A stretch of 64,000 nt of DNA from a virus: positions 31,141-95,140 of the IMG/VR virus record IMGVR_UViG_3300049847_000416, one strand, 5' to 3'. Positions within the stretch are counted from its first letter, which is position 1; every line of letters begins with the position of its first letter. This document shows, piece by piece, positions 9,261-18,755 of this stretch. A program made the position numbers and the translations under genes. Under the pieces are notes generated by a model. It saw nothing but the letters and a program-made list of their open reading frames with translations, was not told where the DNA came from and ran no database searches.

Positions 9261-11102
9261 TTACTTTCGGAAGCCGACCAGGGCTTGTCCCGCTCCTCGG
9301 GCTGGATGGTGTCTCCATTGTGTCCAGCCTACGAAATTTCCCTTGCCGGAACCAGGGGTGCAGGCATGTTCGAACGGCGACCCATGCTCCGGCTCCGCTG
9401 TGCTCAGATCGTTGTACAACCGGAGGTCTTCCTTATAGTCAATCTTCCCGGACTGGGTCAAGTAGGACGTGCGGGCGCTCCGAGCGCACGAGATCTGGAT
9501 CCGCATCAAGATGTCTGCCAACTCCGTTGGTGGTTTATCAGCCAACGTCGCCGGAATGAACGGAAGGTGCCACTCTCCCTTTTTGACCAGTTTGGGAATA
9601 CTGGCCGCGAGGGCTTTGCGCATCTCGCGGGATGGCGCAGCAATCTCCGGTTGCGCCAACTCGGAATCTCGCTGGGCAAAGTAGTTGTCCCACTCAGTAC
9701 TGGTGACAAGAACCGTATGCCACAAGAACGGTTCCAGCACCCGGTTGGCAATCTGCTTGTGCAGACCCAGCACGTCCAGAGTGAAAGCAATTCCACAGGC
9801 GAGTAGCGCGCCGACGCGCCAGGCCACGCGGGCTACAAACTGTTTCCACCCAGTGATGGGTTGCCCAGCCTGCATGCCCTTTTTGTTCCGACCCCAATCC
9901 AAGGGGAAGGCGCAGTCGAACAGAACACTCTTAATGCGTTTGCGGATAGGGATAGCGCGTGAAGATGCGGAGTTCCGGGAATTGTGAACCACTACTCCGT
10001 TTGCGAAGAAATTGGGATATTCGCTGTCTATCTCAAGATCATAAGTAGGTTCGTCGCCTCGATAGGTCACTGACTCAACCTGGGCGGGTGCCGCGTACAG
10101 GTGATTACCACTGTCCTGCCAGCCCTGTACTTTGTGTTCTGTTTGATGACAAGAGGAGCAAAGCAACGTCACATTCGTCGGATCATACACACGCTCAGGA
10201 GCTTGGTAGACTGGGATGACGTGGTGAACTTCGACCCCGAGGTTATCACACCTTCGACAAGAGGGATTCTCTTTCTGCAACCGAGTCCGCTGCTCACGCT
10301 GCCACTGGGCTCGCCACCGCCCATCAAGGTACTTTAACCGGTTCGCGTCTTTCCGCTCAGACGCAGGGCGACCAAACTTCTGCGTGAGGATAAAATCTGC
10401 CGTGGTCAAGTCGCCAATGGTCTTCCAACCTGCCGTAGTTAAAACGCGGTGGTCCAAGCTCCCAGCTACGCAAAAGGCACCGGCTTTGACTTCGTACACC
10501 GGTTTCGTTCCTGAAACCTGCACGTTCTTCACACGTGCCCACTGAACAACGCCAGTCTGTTCATTAACCTGGCGAATTCGCATGGACTGCAAACGTGCCC
10601 GCATGTCAAAACGCGTGTGTGGCGGAACAGCACTCCGCCATGCCTTCAAGTCCTTCCCCAAAACCTGCCAATCCTCACTGCGTTGTGTTTTGGTCCCTAG
10701 GCATGCTCCTGACCGGCATGCCACCCGAATAGGTCCCGGCGTAGCCATACCCATTTTTTCCGCAGCATCTTTCGCGGTGTACACAGCCGAATCTTCACAC
10801 CAACTTAGATCATACGCGAGTTTGGGATTGGCTCCATGTCGGTTCGCACCGTGTAGCCACCGATCCACAAAAGTGTCCAAGCGCACTCGGTGCGAACGTC
10901 GAGAGCCGCCCTTCTGGGGCGTGGGTAAATCAAACTCTAGCTCAGCATCTCCCGCTAAGCAGAAGGTTCTGTGAGTGTTAAATTCCGGCAATACAAATCG
11001 GTGCATGACTACCAGTAGAGTAGTCACGCGCACGCCGGCGGTAGAAATCGAGTCTGCAATCACCTCGGCAGACGGCTTTGTTCGGTTGTAGAGATTGATC
11101 AT
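9261..11102 (-). CDS. thyX: FAD-dependent thymidylate synthase ThyX, intein-containing
   Basis: spliced motif 'EFNTHRTF|SRNSASSRAIP', 'LHKQIANRVLEPF', 'AQPEI', 'SPFEH'; ATGA overlap at 11102. Confidence 0.92.
   Translation of the reverse strand: MINLYNRTKPSAEVIADSISTAGVRVTTLLVVMHRFVLPEFNTHRTFCLAGDAELEFDLPTPQKGGSRRSHRVRLDTFVDRWLHGANRHGANPKLAYDLSWCEDSAVYTAKDAAEKMGMATPGPIRVACRSGACLGTKTQRSEDWQVLGKDLKAWRSAVPPHTRFDMRARLQSMRIRQVNEQTGVVQWARVKNVQVSGTKPVYEVKAGAFCVAGSLDHRVLTTAGWKTIGDLTTADFILTQKFGRPASERKDANRLKYLDGRWRAQWQREQRTRLQKENPSCRRCDNLGVEVHHVIPVYQAPERVYDPTNVTLLCSSCHQTEHKVQGWQDSGNHLYAAPAQVESVTYRGDEPTYDLEIDSEYPNFFANGVVVHNSRNSASSRAIPIRKRIKSVLFDCAFPLDWGRNKKGMQAGQPITGWKQFVARVAWRVGALLACGIAFTLDVLGLHKQIANRVLEPFLWHTVLVTSTEWDNYFAQRDSELAQPEIAAPSREMRKALAASIPKLVKKGEWHLPFIPATLADKPPTELADILMRIQISCARSARTSYLTQSGKIDYKEDLRLYNDLSTAEPEHGSPFEHACTPGSGKGNFVGWTQWRHHPARGAGQALVGFRK
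9981..10961 (-). mobile_element. intein (327 aa) with HNH endonuclease in ThyX active-site motif
   Basis: starts CLAGDAE, block B 'SLDHRVLT..GW', HNH 'CRRC..VHHVIP..NVTLLCSSCH', ends 'VVVHN|S'. Confidence 0.92.
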
Positions 11103-11293
11103 CGCAGCATCAGTTGAACGACTTTGGCCGTGAGGCCGATGTACAAGGGGAGGGCAACAACCACAGCCACGCCCAGGGCGACCAGTCGCCACTGACCCAC
11201 GTTCTCAGCGTGCTCCTCGGCATCAGCTTGAAGTTTCAGAACATACTCCGCCAACTGCTGCGGCGTGAGTTTGGATAAATCAGGTTGGTTCAT
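11099..11293 (-). CDS. small protein with C-terminal transmembrane helix
   Basis: AGGAG RBS, hydrophobic 'LVALGVAVVVALPLYIGL'. Confidence 0.6.
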   Translation of the reverse strand: MNQPDLSKLTPQQLAEYVLKLQADAEEHAENVGQWRLVALGVAVVVALPLYIGLTAKVVQLMLR

Positions 11294-11305
11294 GCAACTC
11301 CTATG

Positions 11306-11752
11306 TTAGGGGTGGACCACTCGGTAAGGAACGTCCGCCCAGAGCAAGTATTTCTTGCCCGCTTCTTGGGCTGTATGCAGCCCGCCCGTACCGGCCATGG
11401 TAGCGGCTACCACGCGGCGGATTCCCGCTGCCACAATCATTTTCGCGCACACGTCACAGGGACCGTGCGTCAAGTACAGCGTACTCCCGGCTGTGGCGTG
11501 CCCGGCTGCGGCAGCCGCGCCCAACGCGTTTTGCTCAGCATGCAGGACCAAAAAGTACTTCAGGTCTCGGTTGTTCCACAGTTCGGGAGTCTCGGGAATA
11601 CCTGCGGGAAACCCGTTGTACCCGGTGCCAATGATATGCCGACTGTCATTCACCAGCACGGCTCCCACCTGCGTGGAAGGGTCTTTGGACCGGGTGGCCA
11701 CCACCTCAGCAATGTTCAGAAAGTATCGATCCCAACATGGGATACTTCGCAT
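11306..11752 (-). CDS. dCMP deaminase
   Basis: 'RSKDPSTQVGAV', 'GYNG', 'HAEQNA', 'PCDVC'. Confidence 0.93.
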   Translation of the reverse strand: MRSIPCWDRYFLNIAEVVATRSKDPSTQVGAVLVNDSRHIIGTGYNGFPAGIPETPELWNNRDLKYFLVLHAEQNALGAAAAAGHATAGSTLYLTHGPCDVCAKMIVAAGIRRVVAATMAGTGGLHTAQEAGKKYLLWADVPYRVVHP

Positions 11753-11937
11753 GTCATCTCCTACTACGTTCTATTTCATCTTCTGGCTCCTCTACGGTTT
11801 TGGCCGTGAAAGAGCCCGCATACTCAGGCAGAGGGCGGGAAACGTATTCCCGAATCGGAATAGCCAATGGGGGAATGGGGATTGTCCAGTAAACTTCCAT
11901 GCCCCATCCTATCACGTTTTCCGCCCAGTTACAAGGT

Positions 11938-12306
11938 CTAGGTCTGCCAGGGGCCAGCGGAACCCTCGACCACGATATGCGACCACACCGGAGTGACAAT
12001 GCCGCTCATCCCGTTCCGGCAAACCACATGATGGTTACCCGACTTGCGGATATGGACGGTGGTGACATTCGAAAAACAGACACGACTTCCGTTGTGCAGC
12101 CAGTAGGTCCGCAAGCGTTCATTCACGTGCAGCGTGCGCTCTTGATGCTGAACCGGACATTGAACCGGACAGGGCCGGCATTCCTGCTGGTACTTCGCTG
12201 CGAGTTCGATAGCTTCATCGCGCTGGCGCAGGATGGCGTCCCGGTCTTTGCGGGCAGCCTCCAACTGGAGTTCACAGACCGTGGGGTAGTGACAACTCGT
12301 AGGCAT
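11938..12306 (-). CDS. hypothetical protein
   Basis: ORF in operon-like array. Confidence 0.5.
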   Translation of the reverse strand: MPTSCHYPTVCELQLEAARKDRDAILRQRDEAIELAAKYQQECRPCPVQCPVQHQERTLHVNERLRTYWLHNGSRVCFSNVTTVHIRKSGNHHVVCRNGMSGIVTPVWSHIVVEGSAGPWQT

Positions 12307-12309
12307 AGG

Positions 12310-12741
12310 TTATTCGTCATCTTTCTGGGTCACCCACGCGGGGACCTCGGTAGTAGCAACATAGCCAACAAAACTCGCGTGGTTGGCGAAGTACGCCAGC
12401 GGCGAGCCTGCAAAATCGGGATTCACCCGAGCATCAGCAAGCAGCGTGTCGAACCACATTGCCTTAGCCAAGTGATCGGCTGTATGGATGTCGTCCTCAC
12501 CCGGCGTTTTCAAAAGCTCGCGCAAGTACGGCATTTGCCACATCAACCGGTGGCGAGCCGCGTGCATCACCCGGTCTCGCACCCAGGCAATATTCCATGC
12601 CCCGTAATGCCAGTTCGGTCGATCCCCTGAGGGGGGATATTTGATGTGACCCTCAGCAAACACCGCGCCGACGGCGAACAGCGCGCCTCCAGGGATCAGT
12701 TCCACGCCGCTTTGGGTTACAACAGACGTGCCCCCTTTCAT
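12310..12741 (-). CDS. dATP/dGTP diphosphohydrolase-like protein (DUF5664-like)
   Basis: 'LIP..AL..V..VF..G..KY....NW..G', 'HAARH', 'DHLAKAMW'. Confidence 0.7.
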   Translation of the reverse strand: MKGGTSVVTQSGVELIPGGALFAVGAVFAEGHIKYPPSGDRPNWHYGAWNIAWVRDRVMHAARHRLMWQMPYLRELLKTPGEDDIHTADHLAKAMWFDTLLADARVNPDFAGSPLAYFANHASFVGYVATTEVPAWVTQKDDE

Positions 12742-13649
12742 TCAGACACCCTGAAGATCTGGTTGGCCAGACTAACCGCGATCAACTCGTGGTCTTCTGT
12801 GGTCATGTTGTCGATGTCGATAGTGTGACTGGAGTGCTCCCCAACCACGAAGTGGTACATGCGGTGTCTAACGCCCTGAAAGGTCTCGGTGACAACCGCC
12901 TGAGGATCCCACCCCGTAGGAATAAAATCATGCATGATGAAGTGGGTGCCTGCTGGTGTCCGCTTGAACTGTTCCGCCATGGCTGCCACGATATCAGGCA
13001 TGAGGTACATGAATACGGCGCTATTCGGCGGCAGGGTGGAAAAGTCGAATTCGAGGGCGTTCTGCTGCTTGACAGTGGCAGTGGTTACTGCCACTCCCAG
13101 TTTTGCTTGCACCTGAGCCAAGAGATGCGTGGCTGTAGCCACCTGATCAGAGTTGGTATCCACGCCGGCGACATTGGGAATACCCCGCTTCAACGCCAAC
13201 GCCAGCGCCCGCCCGTCGCCGCACCCAATATCAAAGAAGTGCTGGACGCCAGCCGGCAGCATGTCCAAGCCCTTCGTCAGGAAATCGATGGGTGTAGGGA
13301 CGTAGGGAGCCGTCAGCTTGGTGATTTCCCTGGGTCTGTTTTCGATGAGTTCACCCATGACACTCGTCATGTCCTGTAGGTGACAGGCGTAGATGCAGTC
13401 CAGGAACTTTTCGAAGCTGACGGTTCCGTGGATGTGCTGATCACTCATACTGGCGGCATACAAGATCGTAGCCACGTCTCGGATACAAGCGGGGGTCCAT
13501 CCCGACTTCAGGTCACAGTTAGCGATCCGCAGATACTTGAGCGCGGGTCCATTGAGTTGCAGATCGCGCGGCTTGTCCAATAGCACCCGGATTTTGATGC
13601 GTCCAGTGGTACGTCTGGCGGTGGACTTTAGGTAGATTGTTTTTGCCAT
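12738..13649 (-). CDS. class I SAM-dependent methyltransferase (protein Lys-MTase-like) with N-terminal extension
   Basis: 'FFDIGCGDGR', 'AGVD', 'NALEFDFS', 'VFMYL'. Confidence 0.8.
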   Translation of the reverse strand: MAKTIYLKSTARRTTGRIKIRVLLDKPRDLQLNGPALKYLRIANCDLKSGWTPACIRDVATILYAASMSDQHIHGTVSFEKFLDCIYACHLQDMTSVMGELIENRPREITKLTAPYVPTPIDFLTKGLDMLPAGVQHFFDIGCGDGRALALALKRGIPNVAGVDTNSDQVATATHLLAQVQAKLGVAVTTATVKQQNALEFDFSTLPPNSAVFMYLMPDIVAAMAEQFKRTPAGTHFIMHDFIPTGWDPQAVVTETFQGVRHRMYHFVVGEHSSHTIDIDNMTTEDHELIAVSLANQIFRVSE

Positions 13650-13838
13650 TGAGCTTTCTGGAGTAACAGATTGAGATTGGTTTGGTTGAAGGTAATGATA
13701 GCGACAAGGGAAGCATGTGCGTCTGCGTATTCTAGCAGACGGTCTGGAGAAATTTTCGCCAACTCCCCCGATGCCCGAGACATGCACTCTTGCATGTCTC
13801 GGATCACACTGGCGAGTGTAGGAGCTATGGGGGCCATG

Positions 13839-14744
13839 TTAGCGGCTGAACAGCGTCACTGGTCGGGGAAGCGGGGCAGCCGGGGCAGCCGGGGCAGCCG
13901 GGGCGTTCATGTTCAGCAGCGTTAGACGCCGCACGGTACCTTCCAACGCGGCTACCCGGTCTTCTAGGGATGCGGCAGACGGGGCGTCAGGTGAGGGAAG
14001 CGCACCCTTTACACCCACCAACCACGACCCTGTGAGTTCGAATCGCGCCCACTCCTCATCCGCGCGGAGCATTCGCTCCCGGACCGGAATTGAAACCGTG
14101 TTTGAGCCAAACACGTCCTCCGGGCGAGGACTGACGAATACCACAGTGTCCACTGGACCGGGCTCCGCGAAACGACCGGGATATCCGACACCGTTTTGTG
14201 TCTGGAGCGCCCGCAAGTCCCCACAATTAACCCAAAACGGGGCAGTCTTCGGACCGGTGACCTGGAACATGAACTGCCGACGGGGATCTCCGGCATCATA
14301 CATCACCTCGAACGGACCCGCAACACCATAATCCTGGACGGGACCAACTTGCCAGCCGGCCTGTGTCAGCGCAGCCGACAAGCTCGCCGCTTCCTCGGGG
14401 GTCGTCAGTTCCGCTGGGTTGATGGTGACCGGCAGCATTCCCGGTCCCTGGAATGTTTTGTGCTTGGTTGGTGGCAGTTCGAGCGGAAGGTACTTGCCAC
14501 CCGGAAGATTGGGGCGCGAGAAATCTTCAAACGGGGACACCTTCTGGTCTTTGTAGACCGGAGTTAGCGCCCCGCCCTCCGAATAGTATCCATACGCCTC
14601 GATTCCTTTCGGCAAACTGAGGTCCACCCAGTCTCTGTGCGGACGGGTGGGATCAAACGGCGGGAGATCGCTGCCGAACTTGGCTCGCCAAGTGTCGCGC
14701 GTGTACCGCGTAGCGGTGGTAAGAATTGTGCGAGGAGAGATCAT
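13839..14744 (-). CDS. hypothetical Pro-rich protein
   Basis: AGAAGGA RBS before ATG 14744; C-terminal coiled coil and PAA repeats. Confidence 0.7.
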   Translation of the reverse strand: MISPRTILTTATRYTRDTWRAKFGSDLPPFDPTRPHRDWVDLSLPKGIEAYGYYSEGGALTPVYKDQKVSPFEDFSRPNLPGGKYLPLELPPTKHKTFQGPGMLPVTINPAELTTPEEAASLSAALTQAGWQVGPVQDYGVAGPFEVMYDAGDPRRQFMFQVTGPKTAPFWVNCGDLRALQTQNGVGYPGRFAEPGPVDTVVFVSPRPEDVFGSNTVSIPVRERMLRADEEWARFELTGSWLVGVKGALPSPDAPSAASLEDRVAALEGTVRRLTLLNMNAPAAPAAPAAPLPRPVTLFSR

Positions 14745-14783
14745 GCTTATGTTTCCTTCTACGGTTTTAGTATACCACAAATA

Positions 14784-14814
14784 AAAGTGAGGCTGCCGGG
14801 TAAGGGCAGCCTCA
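14784..14814 (-). terminator. intrinsic terminator
   Basis: GAGGCTGCC/GGCAGCCTC stem followed by ACTTTT. Confidence 0.75.
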
Positions 14815-14835
14815 AAAACAGACGCGAGATGAAAC

Positions 14836-15330
14836 CTATCGTTCTTCGTACTTGATCGAGATGGTGACGACACCCGTCATCACACCTGTGTGAATGGCGA
14901 AGGCCTGGTTCATTCCGATTGAAGCATCCACGGGGATCGTCGTGGAACCACCGGCTCCCAGTGAAAACGCCTTGAAGATGATTTGCCCGGACGCAGCCGC
15001 CTGTGGCATGTTCGTCCGCACTTCCGAAAACCCCTGGAGGGTGTCTTGTAGGCCGACCGCCGCAATCACCGTTCCAGTAGTGGCAACAGTGTGGCGGATC
15101 TTTTGGGTAACCACACACGCCGCTGAGCACTCGATGTAAAACGACTGAATGCGGACTTGGCGTCCACCGTCTTTCAGAACGGTGGATACGGGGTTTACGA
15201 TGGACAACGCCGCTACCGAAGCAGCGGGAGACAGCGTAGCCGTCGCGACGAACGTTCGCGAGGTCAAAGAGGACTGGGCAAAGACACAGCCCCCCAGAGC
15301 GAACGCTACTAACAGCATTCGCGCGATCAC
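14836..15330 (-). CDS. secreted beta-rich protein (signal peptide)
   Basis: MIARMLLVAFALGGCVFA|Q; CxxxC pair in mature part. Confidence 0.7.
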   Translation of the reverse strand: MIARMLLVAFALGGCVFAQSSLTSRTFVATATLSPAASVAALSIVNPVSTVLKDGGRQVRIQSFYIECSAACVVTQKIRHTVATTGTVIAAVGLQDTLQGFSEVRTNMPQAAASGQIIFKAFSLGAGGSTTIPVDASIGMNQAFAIHTGVMTGVVTISIKYEER

Positions 15331-15332
15331 GA

Positions 15333-15809
15333 TTACACTCGCTCCACGGAGAATTCAACCACGATGCCAACAGGCACAGTGGTAACGATGGATCCACCGG
15401 TGACAGTCACCGTCAGGGCTCCACCATTGGCTCCCGCCGCTTTGTCCGGGGTGATAGACAGCGGAATCGCGACTCCAGCAGCCACCGCCGCCGTCAGGTT
15501 AACGGCTGCCTTGGCAACACCACCCACGTTGAGGGTGACGGTGAGCCCGCCGGCGAGCGGGGCAATGGCAGCGTCCGCAACCGCCGACACGCTATGAATG
15601 CGAATGCGCTTGGTGCTGGGCGGAACGTTCAGGTTGAGCGCCGGCTGACCGGCACGGGCGTTCAACAAGGCTTGACTGAAGTTATACACATACTTCAGGA
15701 CCTGATCCTGGTTTCCCAGCTTCTTGTGGTTCTGGTCGTCATGACCGCCAGGAATCAGCATACCGCTGTTCATCTGACGGTTGTAGTCGGCAATGTAGTT
15801 GGTGCTCAT
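15333..15809 (-). CDS. putative virion structural protein (Ala/Val/Gly beta-rich)
   Basis: composition; preceded by late motif at 15819-15826. Confidence 0.55.
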   Translation of the reverse strand: MSTNYIADYNRQMNSGMLIPGGHDDQNHKKLGNQDQVLKYVYNFSQALLNARAGQPALNLNVPPSTKRIRIHSVSAVADAAIAPLAGGLTVTLNVGGVAKAAVNLTAAVAAGVAIPLSITPDKAAGANGGALTVTVTGGSIVTTVPVGIVVEFSVERV

Positions 15810-15827
15810 GTCACTTTATAAGATCGC

Positions 15828-16217
15828 TCAAAACATGCTCAACGAAAAACTCTCGTACCACTGAATCTCCAACACGAGAGATTCCATCGCCGACTCGAAC
15901 ACCTTATCGATACTCAAACTGGTTTCCATCACGTCTCCCAGGCTGTCCTTGAGGAGAAATTTTCCGTTCTGATGCTGGATCTGCACACTCCAGAGCATTT
16001 CAGACAGCTTGCCAGCCGTCTCCTCCCAGAACGCCAGGTAACACTTTTCCTTGTGCATCATCAATCCCACGACAAACTGAAACCCATTGAACCGGTATCG
16101 ACAGGCGTACATGTTGGGTTGATCTGTGGCCGTGAACTGAATCTGAAACTTGACTTGCGCCCGTTGCGCAAACATCGGGAGACCTTCAGGGATCAAAAAT
16201 CGCTGCCAAATCTTCAC
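15828..16217 (-). CDS. hypothetical protein
   Basis: ORF overlapping upstream stop. Confidence 0.6.
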   Translation of the reverse strand: MKIWQRFLIPEGLPMFAQRAQVKFQIQFTATDQPNMYACRYRFNGFQFVVGLMMHKEKCYLAFWEETAGKLSEMLWSVQIQHQNGKFLLKDSLGDVMETSLSIDKVFESAMESLVLEIQWYESFSLSMF

Positions 16218-16423
16218 GCGCCGTACCCCACACGGACCGTCTGACCGGGGTACCAGCGTTGCACCATCGCGATCTTGCTGGCGATGTCTTGGTCCATCTC
16301 CCGGAGAGGTAGGACCCGGCGAGGAGGGCCGTCCCCATACACATACACGCCGTACTTGGTTGTGTGGCTGGAAAGTTGCTGTTTAGCGAGTTTGCGAAAC
16401 TCGTCCGTGGTGATGACTGACAT
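16214..16423 (-). CDS. hypothetical protein, leaderless
   Basis: TACTAT box 6 nt before ATG 16423. Confidence 0.55.
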   Translation of the reverse strand: MSVITTDEFRKLAKQQLSSHTTKYGVYVYGDGPPRRVLPLREMDQDIASKIAMVQRWYPGQTVRVGYGA

Positions 16424-16448
16424 GAACTTATAGTATAGCAGAAAAAGC

Positions 16449-16475
16449 AAACGGACCCCGCTGCGGAGTCCGTTT
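16449..16475 (-). terminator. intrinsic terminator
   Basis: AAACGGAC/GTCCGTTT stem followed by GCTTTTT on minus strand. Confidence 0.7.
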
Positions 16476-16503
16476 CAAATTGCTGACGGGAAATGTACGG
16501 GAC

Positions 16504-16738
16504 CTACGAGGGGCGGATAGCCGCGCCCAATGCAGCGATCTTGTCAGCGATGCTGTCAAAACGGGCTGCGACGGCATCTTCGGCTTCCGCCGAAATCCCA
16601 CCAGCCGCCAGCGCCTTGACCAACTCTTCCTTCGTGCTGTTCAACTCTGCCAAAATGGCGTTGACGCCAGCTTCGACCTGTTGTTCGCCCTGTTCCAGCC
16701 TAGCTGCGATTTCATCGAACTTTGTTTTGGTTGCCATG
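16504..16738 (-). CDS. small coiled-coil protein
   Basis: AAAGGA RBS before MATKTKF. Confidence 0.6.
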
Positions 16739-16850
16739 TGTCCTTTCTGCACCTCGCGTTGGAGATGCTTAATTTCATTTAGAACCACGTCCAATGTGTT
16801 CCGAACACCTTCGACATCTTTGGACGCCACAATCTTCCACATACCTGAGT

Positions 16851-17174
16851 TCATGATACCACAGGTTTGCGCCGACGCCGGGCCGGGTAGGCTCGTAGAA
16901 AGGCATTCGTCAAATGCTCGACGGTGGACTCCACCGCAGCTTTGGGTTTGTCCCAGCGATGCATCAGGATATGACACAACTCATGGACAAGTACCCGCTC
17001 CATAATGCGGGGGTTGCCAGGCAGCAAACTGATCTTTGCAGAGTAGTTCGGATCCCACTCACAATGGCCAGCGGTGGGCAAGGTCGCATCAACGACGACG
17101 GTGATGCTCCAGTCGTCGAGCAGCATTCGCTCTTGCCAGACTATCGCCAGTGCTCCGACCTGTTTCTTGGTCAT
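16851..17174 (-). CDS. zincin-like metallopeptidase
   Basis: 'LVHELCHIL' HExxH plus downstream E. Confidence 0.65.
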   Translation of the reverse strand: MTKKQVGALAIVWQERMLLDDWSITVVVDATLPTAGHCEWDPNYSAKISLLPGNPRIMERVLVHELCHILMHRWDKPKAAVESTVEHLTNAFLRAYPARRRRKPVVS

Positions 17175-17449
17175 TGCCCCAACCACCGTACTGACCCAAG
17201 AATCCCCACGACGGTGCCCAGCACACCGCCCGCCGCGTAGAAGAACCACAGGAGCAAAGAGTCTTCGTCCTTGTTTTTGATGAGTCGCCGAAACACGAAG
17301 AATTGAAGAGACGCGAGGGTGAAGTCTACGACGATGGAAGTGGGTATGTTGGCCTGACTCACCGAGCGCCAAGATACTGTGCAGAGGCCCCAGCTTAGAA
17401 ACTGGGACAGGCCCATGTAGCAGGCCTCTTTCCAGGGATAGTTTTTCAC
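17171..17449 (-). CDS. small multi-pass membrane protein
   Basis: three hydrophobic segments. Confidence 0.65.
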   Translation of the reverse strand: MKNYPWKEACYMGLSQFLSWGLCTVSWRSVSQANIPTSIVVDFTLASLQFFVFRRLIKNKDEDSLLLWFFYAAGGVLGTVVGILGSVRWLGQ

Positions 17450-18723
17450 ATCCCCTCCGACACGTTGAAGATGGCAGTGGCGATCAACCCGTGTTCCGCA
17501 TTGTAGACAAAGGCCTCAGCCCTACGCAGGTTGCCAATGTAGAACTTTGCCGCATGCCAGATGTCTGACGGGGTTAAAGAACTGATGCGGCGAACAATGC
17601 AGCCGGGGAACTCGTCCACCTGGGTCTTGTGGAGATGTCCCAAAAACACCTCGTGGAATTTGGTAGCCCCCCAGATTTTTGGCTGGTCTGCCGCGAAGAT
17701 CTGGGCATAGTTGGTAGAGCGTGGCGCATCGCCGTGGGTGAACATAAATGCACATTGTCCCCAGGTGAAGTACTTGCGGTTGACCGGGGCGTTCCACACT
17801 TCGACAGAGGGAGTCGCACGATAAGCCAGTTCCAGACTGTGGCCCAAGTGCCACACGGAATTGGCATCATGATTGCCGGCTACCGGGATTACCACGACGC
17901 GGGGAGCATACTCCCGGCACCGGGCGATGGCCTGTTCGACCATGCGGAACCCTCGCAGGAAATTTTCGTGGTATGTGGAGCTATAATCAATGCGGGTGCC
18001 ACCCGTGGTCATGCCTTGCGGATTGTCAATGTGGAGGAAGTCGTTTCCCACGACCAGGACAATCGTCTGCGGGTTGTAGTCTTTCGTACGTTCCAGAAGA
18101 GAGTGCGCCGACGTGTGAAACAGGGTCTCGGCAATCTCGGGCGTGTAGGCCGCGCAACCTGTTTCAGCGGATACGCCGGGTTTCCCAATGTGCAGATCTG
18201 AGATGCTGAGAACTACGCAGTTCTGCTTGACATTCTTGGCGCAGAAATTTTCTGTGAACTTCCGGGGTCTGACAATCACTTCGGCGGAAAGCCGAGCGAT
18301 CTCATCGAGCGCGATACTCGCTTCGACATTCAGGACAAACTTGGCTTGACAGCGGCGCAGCAAGGTCTTGACGAGTTTTTGCGACCGCTTGTCTTTGATG
18401 AAGCCTTCCCAATCGGTTCCGTTCCATTGCACGCACTTCCATCTACGCAGGTCAATCCCACGTTGAACCGCCATCTCTTCCGGCGTCAGGGCTGGCCCGA
18501 CATAATGGACGGATACGGTGTCCGCTGTGCGCGTTTCAGTAACCTGCGTTTCTACAGCTACACTGGGGGCAGAGTCCTGGGGTTCGTCCTTGGGGGTATG
18601 CGGCTTCTGCTTCGATAGCGCCAGCGCACAACGCCGGCTGCACACCTTTGTGCGGGAGTCTCCCGCAACAAAGTCACGGGAGCATACCTCGCAAGGCTTT
18701 AGTATATCTTTCTTTCTCGCCAA
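17446..18723 (-). CDS. calcineurin-like metallophosphoesterase with N-terminal zinc ribbon
   Basis: 'SDLHIG', 'GNDFLH.D', 'GNHD', 'HGD', 'GHLH'; CxxC...CxxxC at N-terminus. Confidence 0.85.
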   Translation of the reverse strand: MARKKDILKPCEVCSRDFVAGDSRTKVCSRRCALALSKQKPHTPKDEPQDSAPSVAVETQVTETRTADTVSVHYVGPALTPEEMAVQRGIDLRRWKCVQWNGTDWEGFIKDKRSQKLVKTLLRRCQAKFVLNVEASIALDEIARLSAEVIVRPRKFTENFCAKNVKQNCVVLSISDLHIGKPGVSAETGCAAYTPEIAETLFHTSAHSLLERTKDYNPQTIVLVVGNDFLHIDNPQGMTTGGTRIDYSSTYHENFLRGFRMVEQAIARCREYAPRVVVIPVAGNHDANSVWHLGHSLELAYRATPSVEVWNAPVNRKYFTWGQCAFMFTHGDAPRSTNYAQIFAADQPKIWGATKFHEVFLGHLHKTQVDEFPGCIVRRISSLTPSDIWHAAKFYIGNLRRAEAFVYNAEHGLIATAIFNVSEGM

Positions 18724-18755
18724 TATAACCTCACAGATAAAGATCGTTAGGGGAT

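Noticed and set aside
13872-13903. CGGGGCAGC tandem repeat as a regulatory locus
   Set aside because: Encodes an in-frame PAA linker
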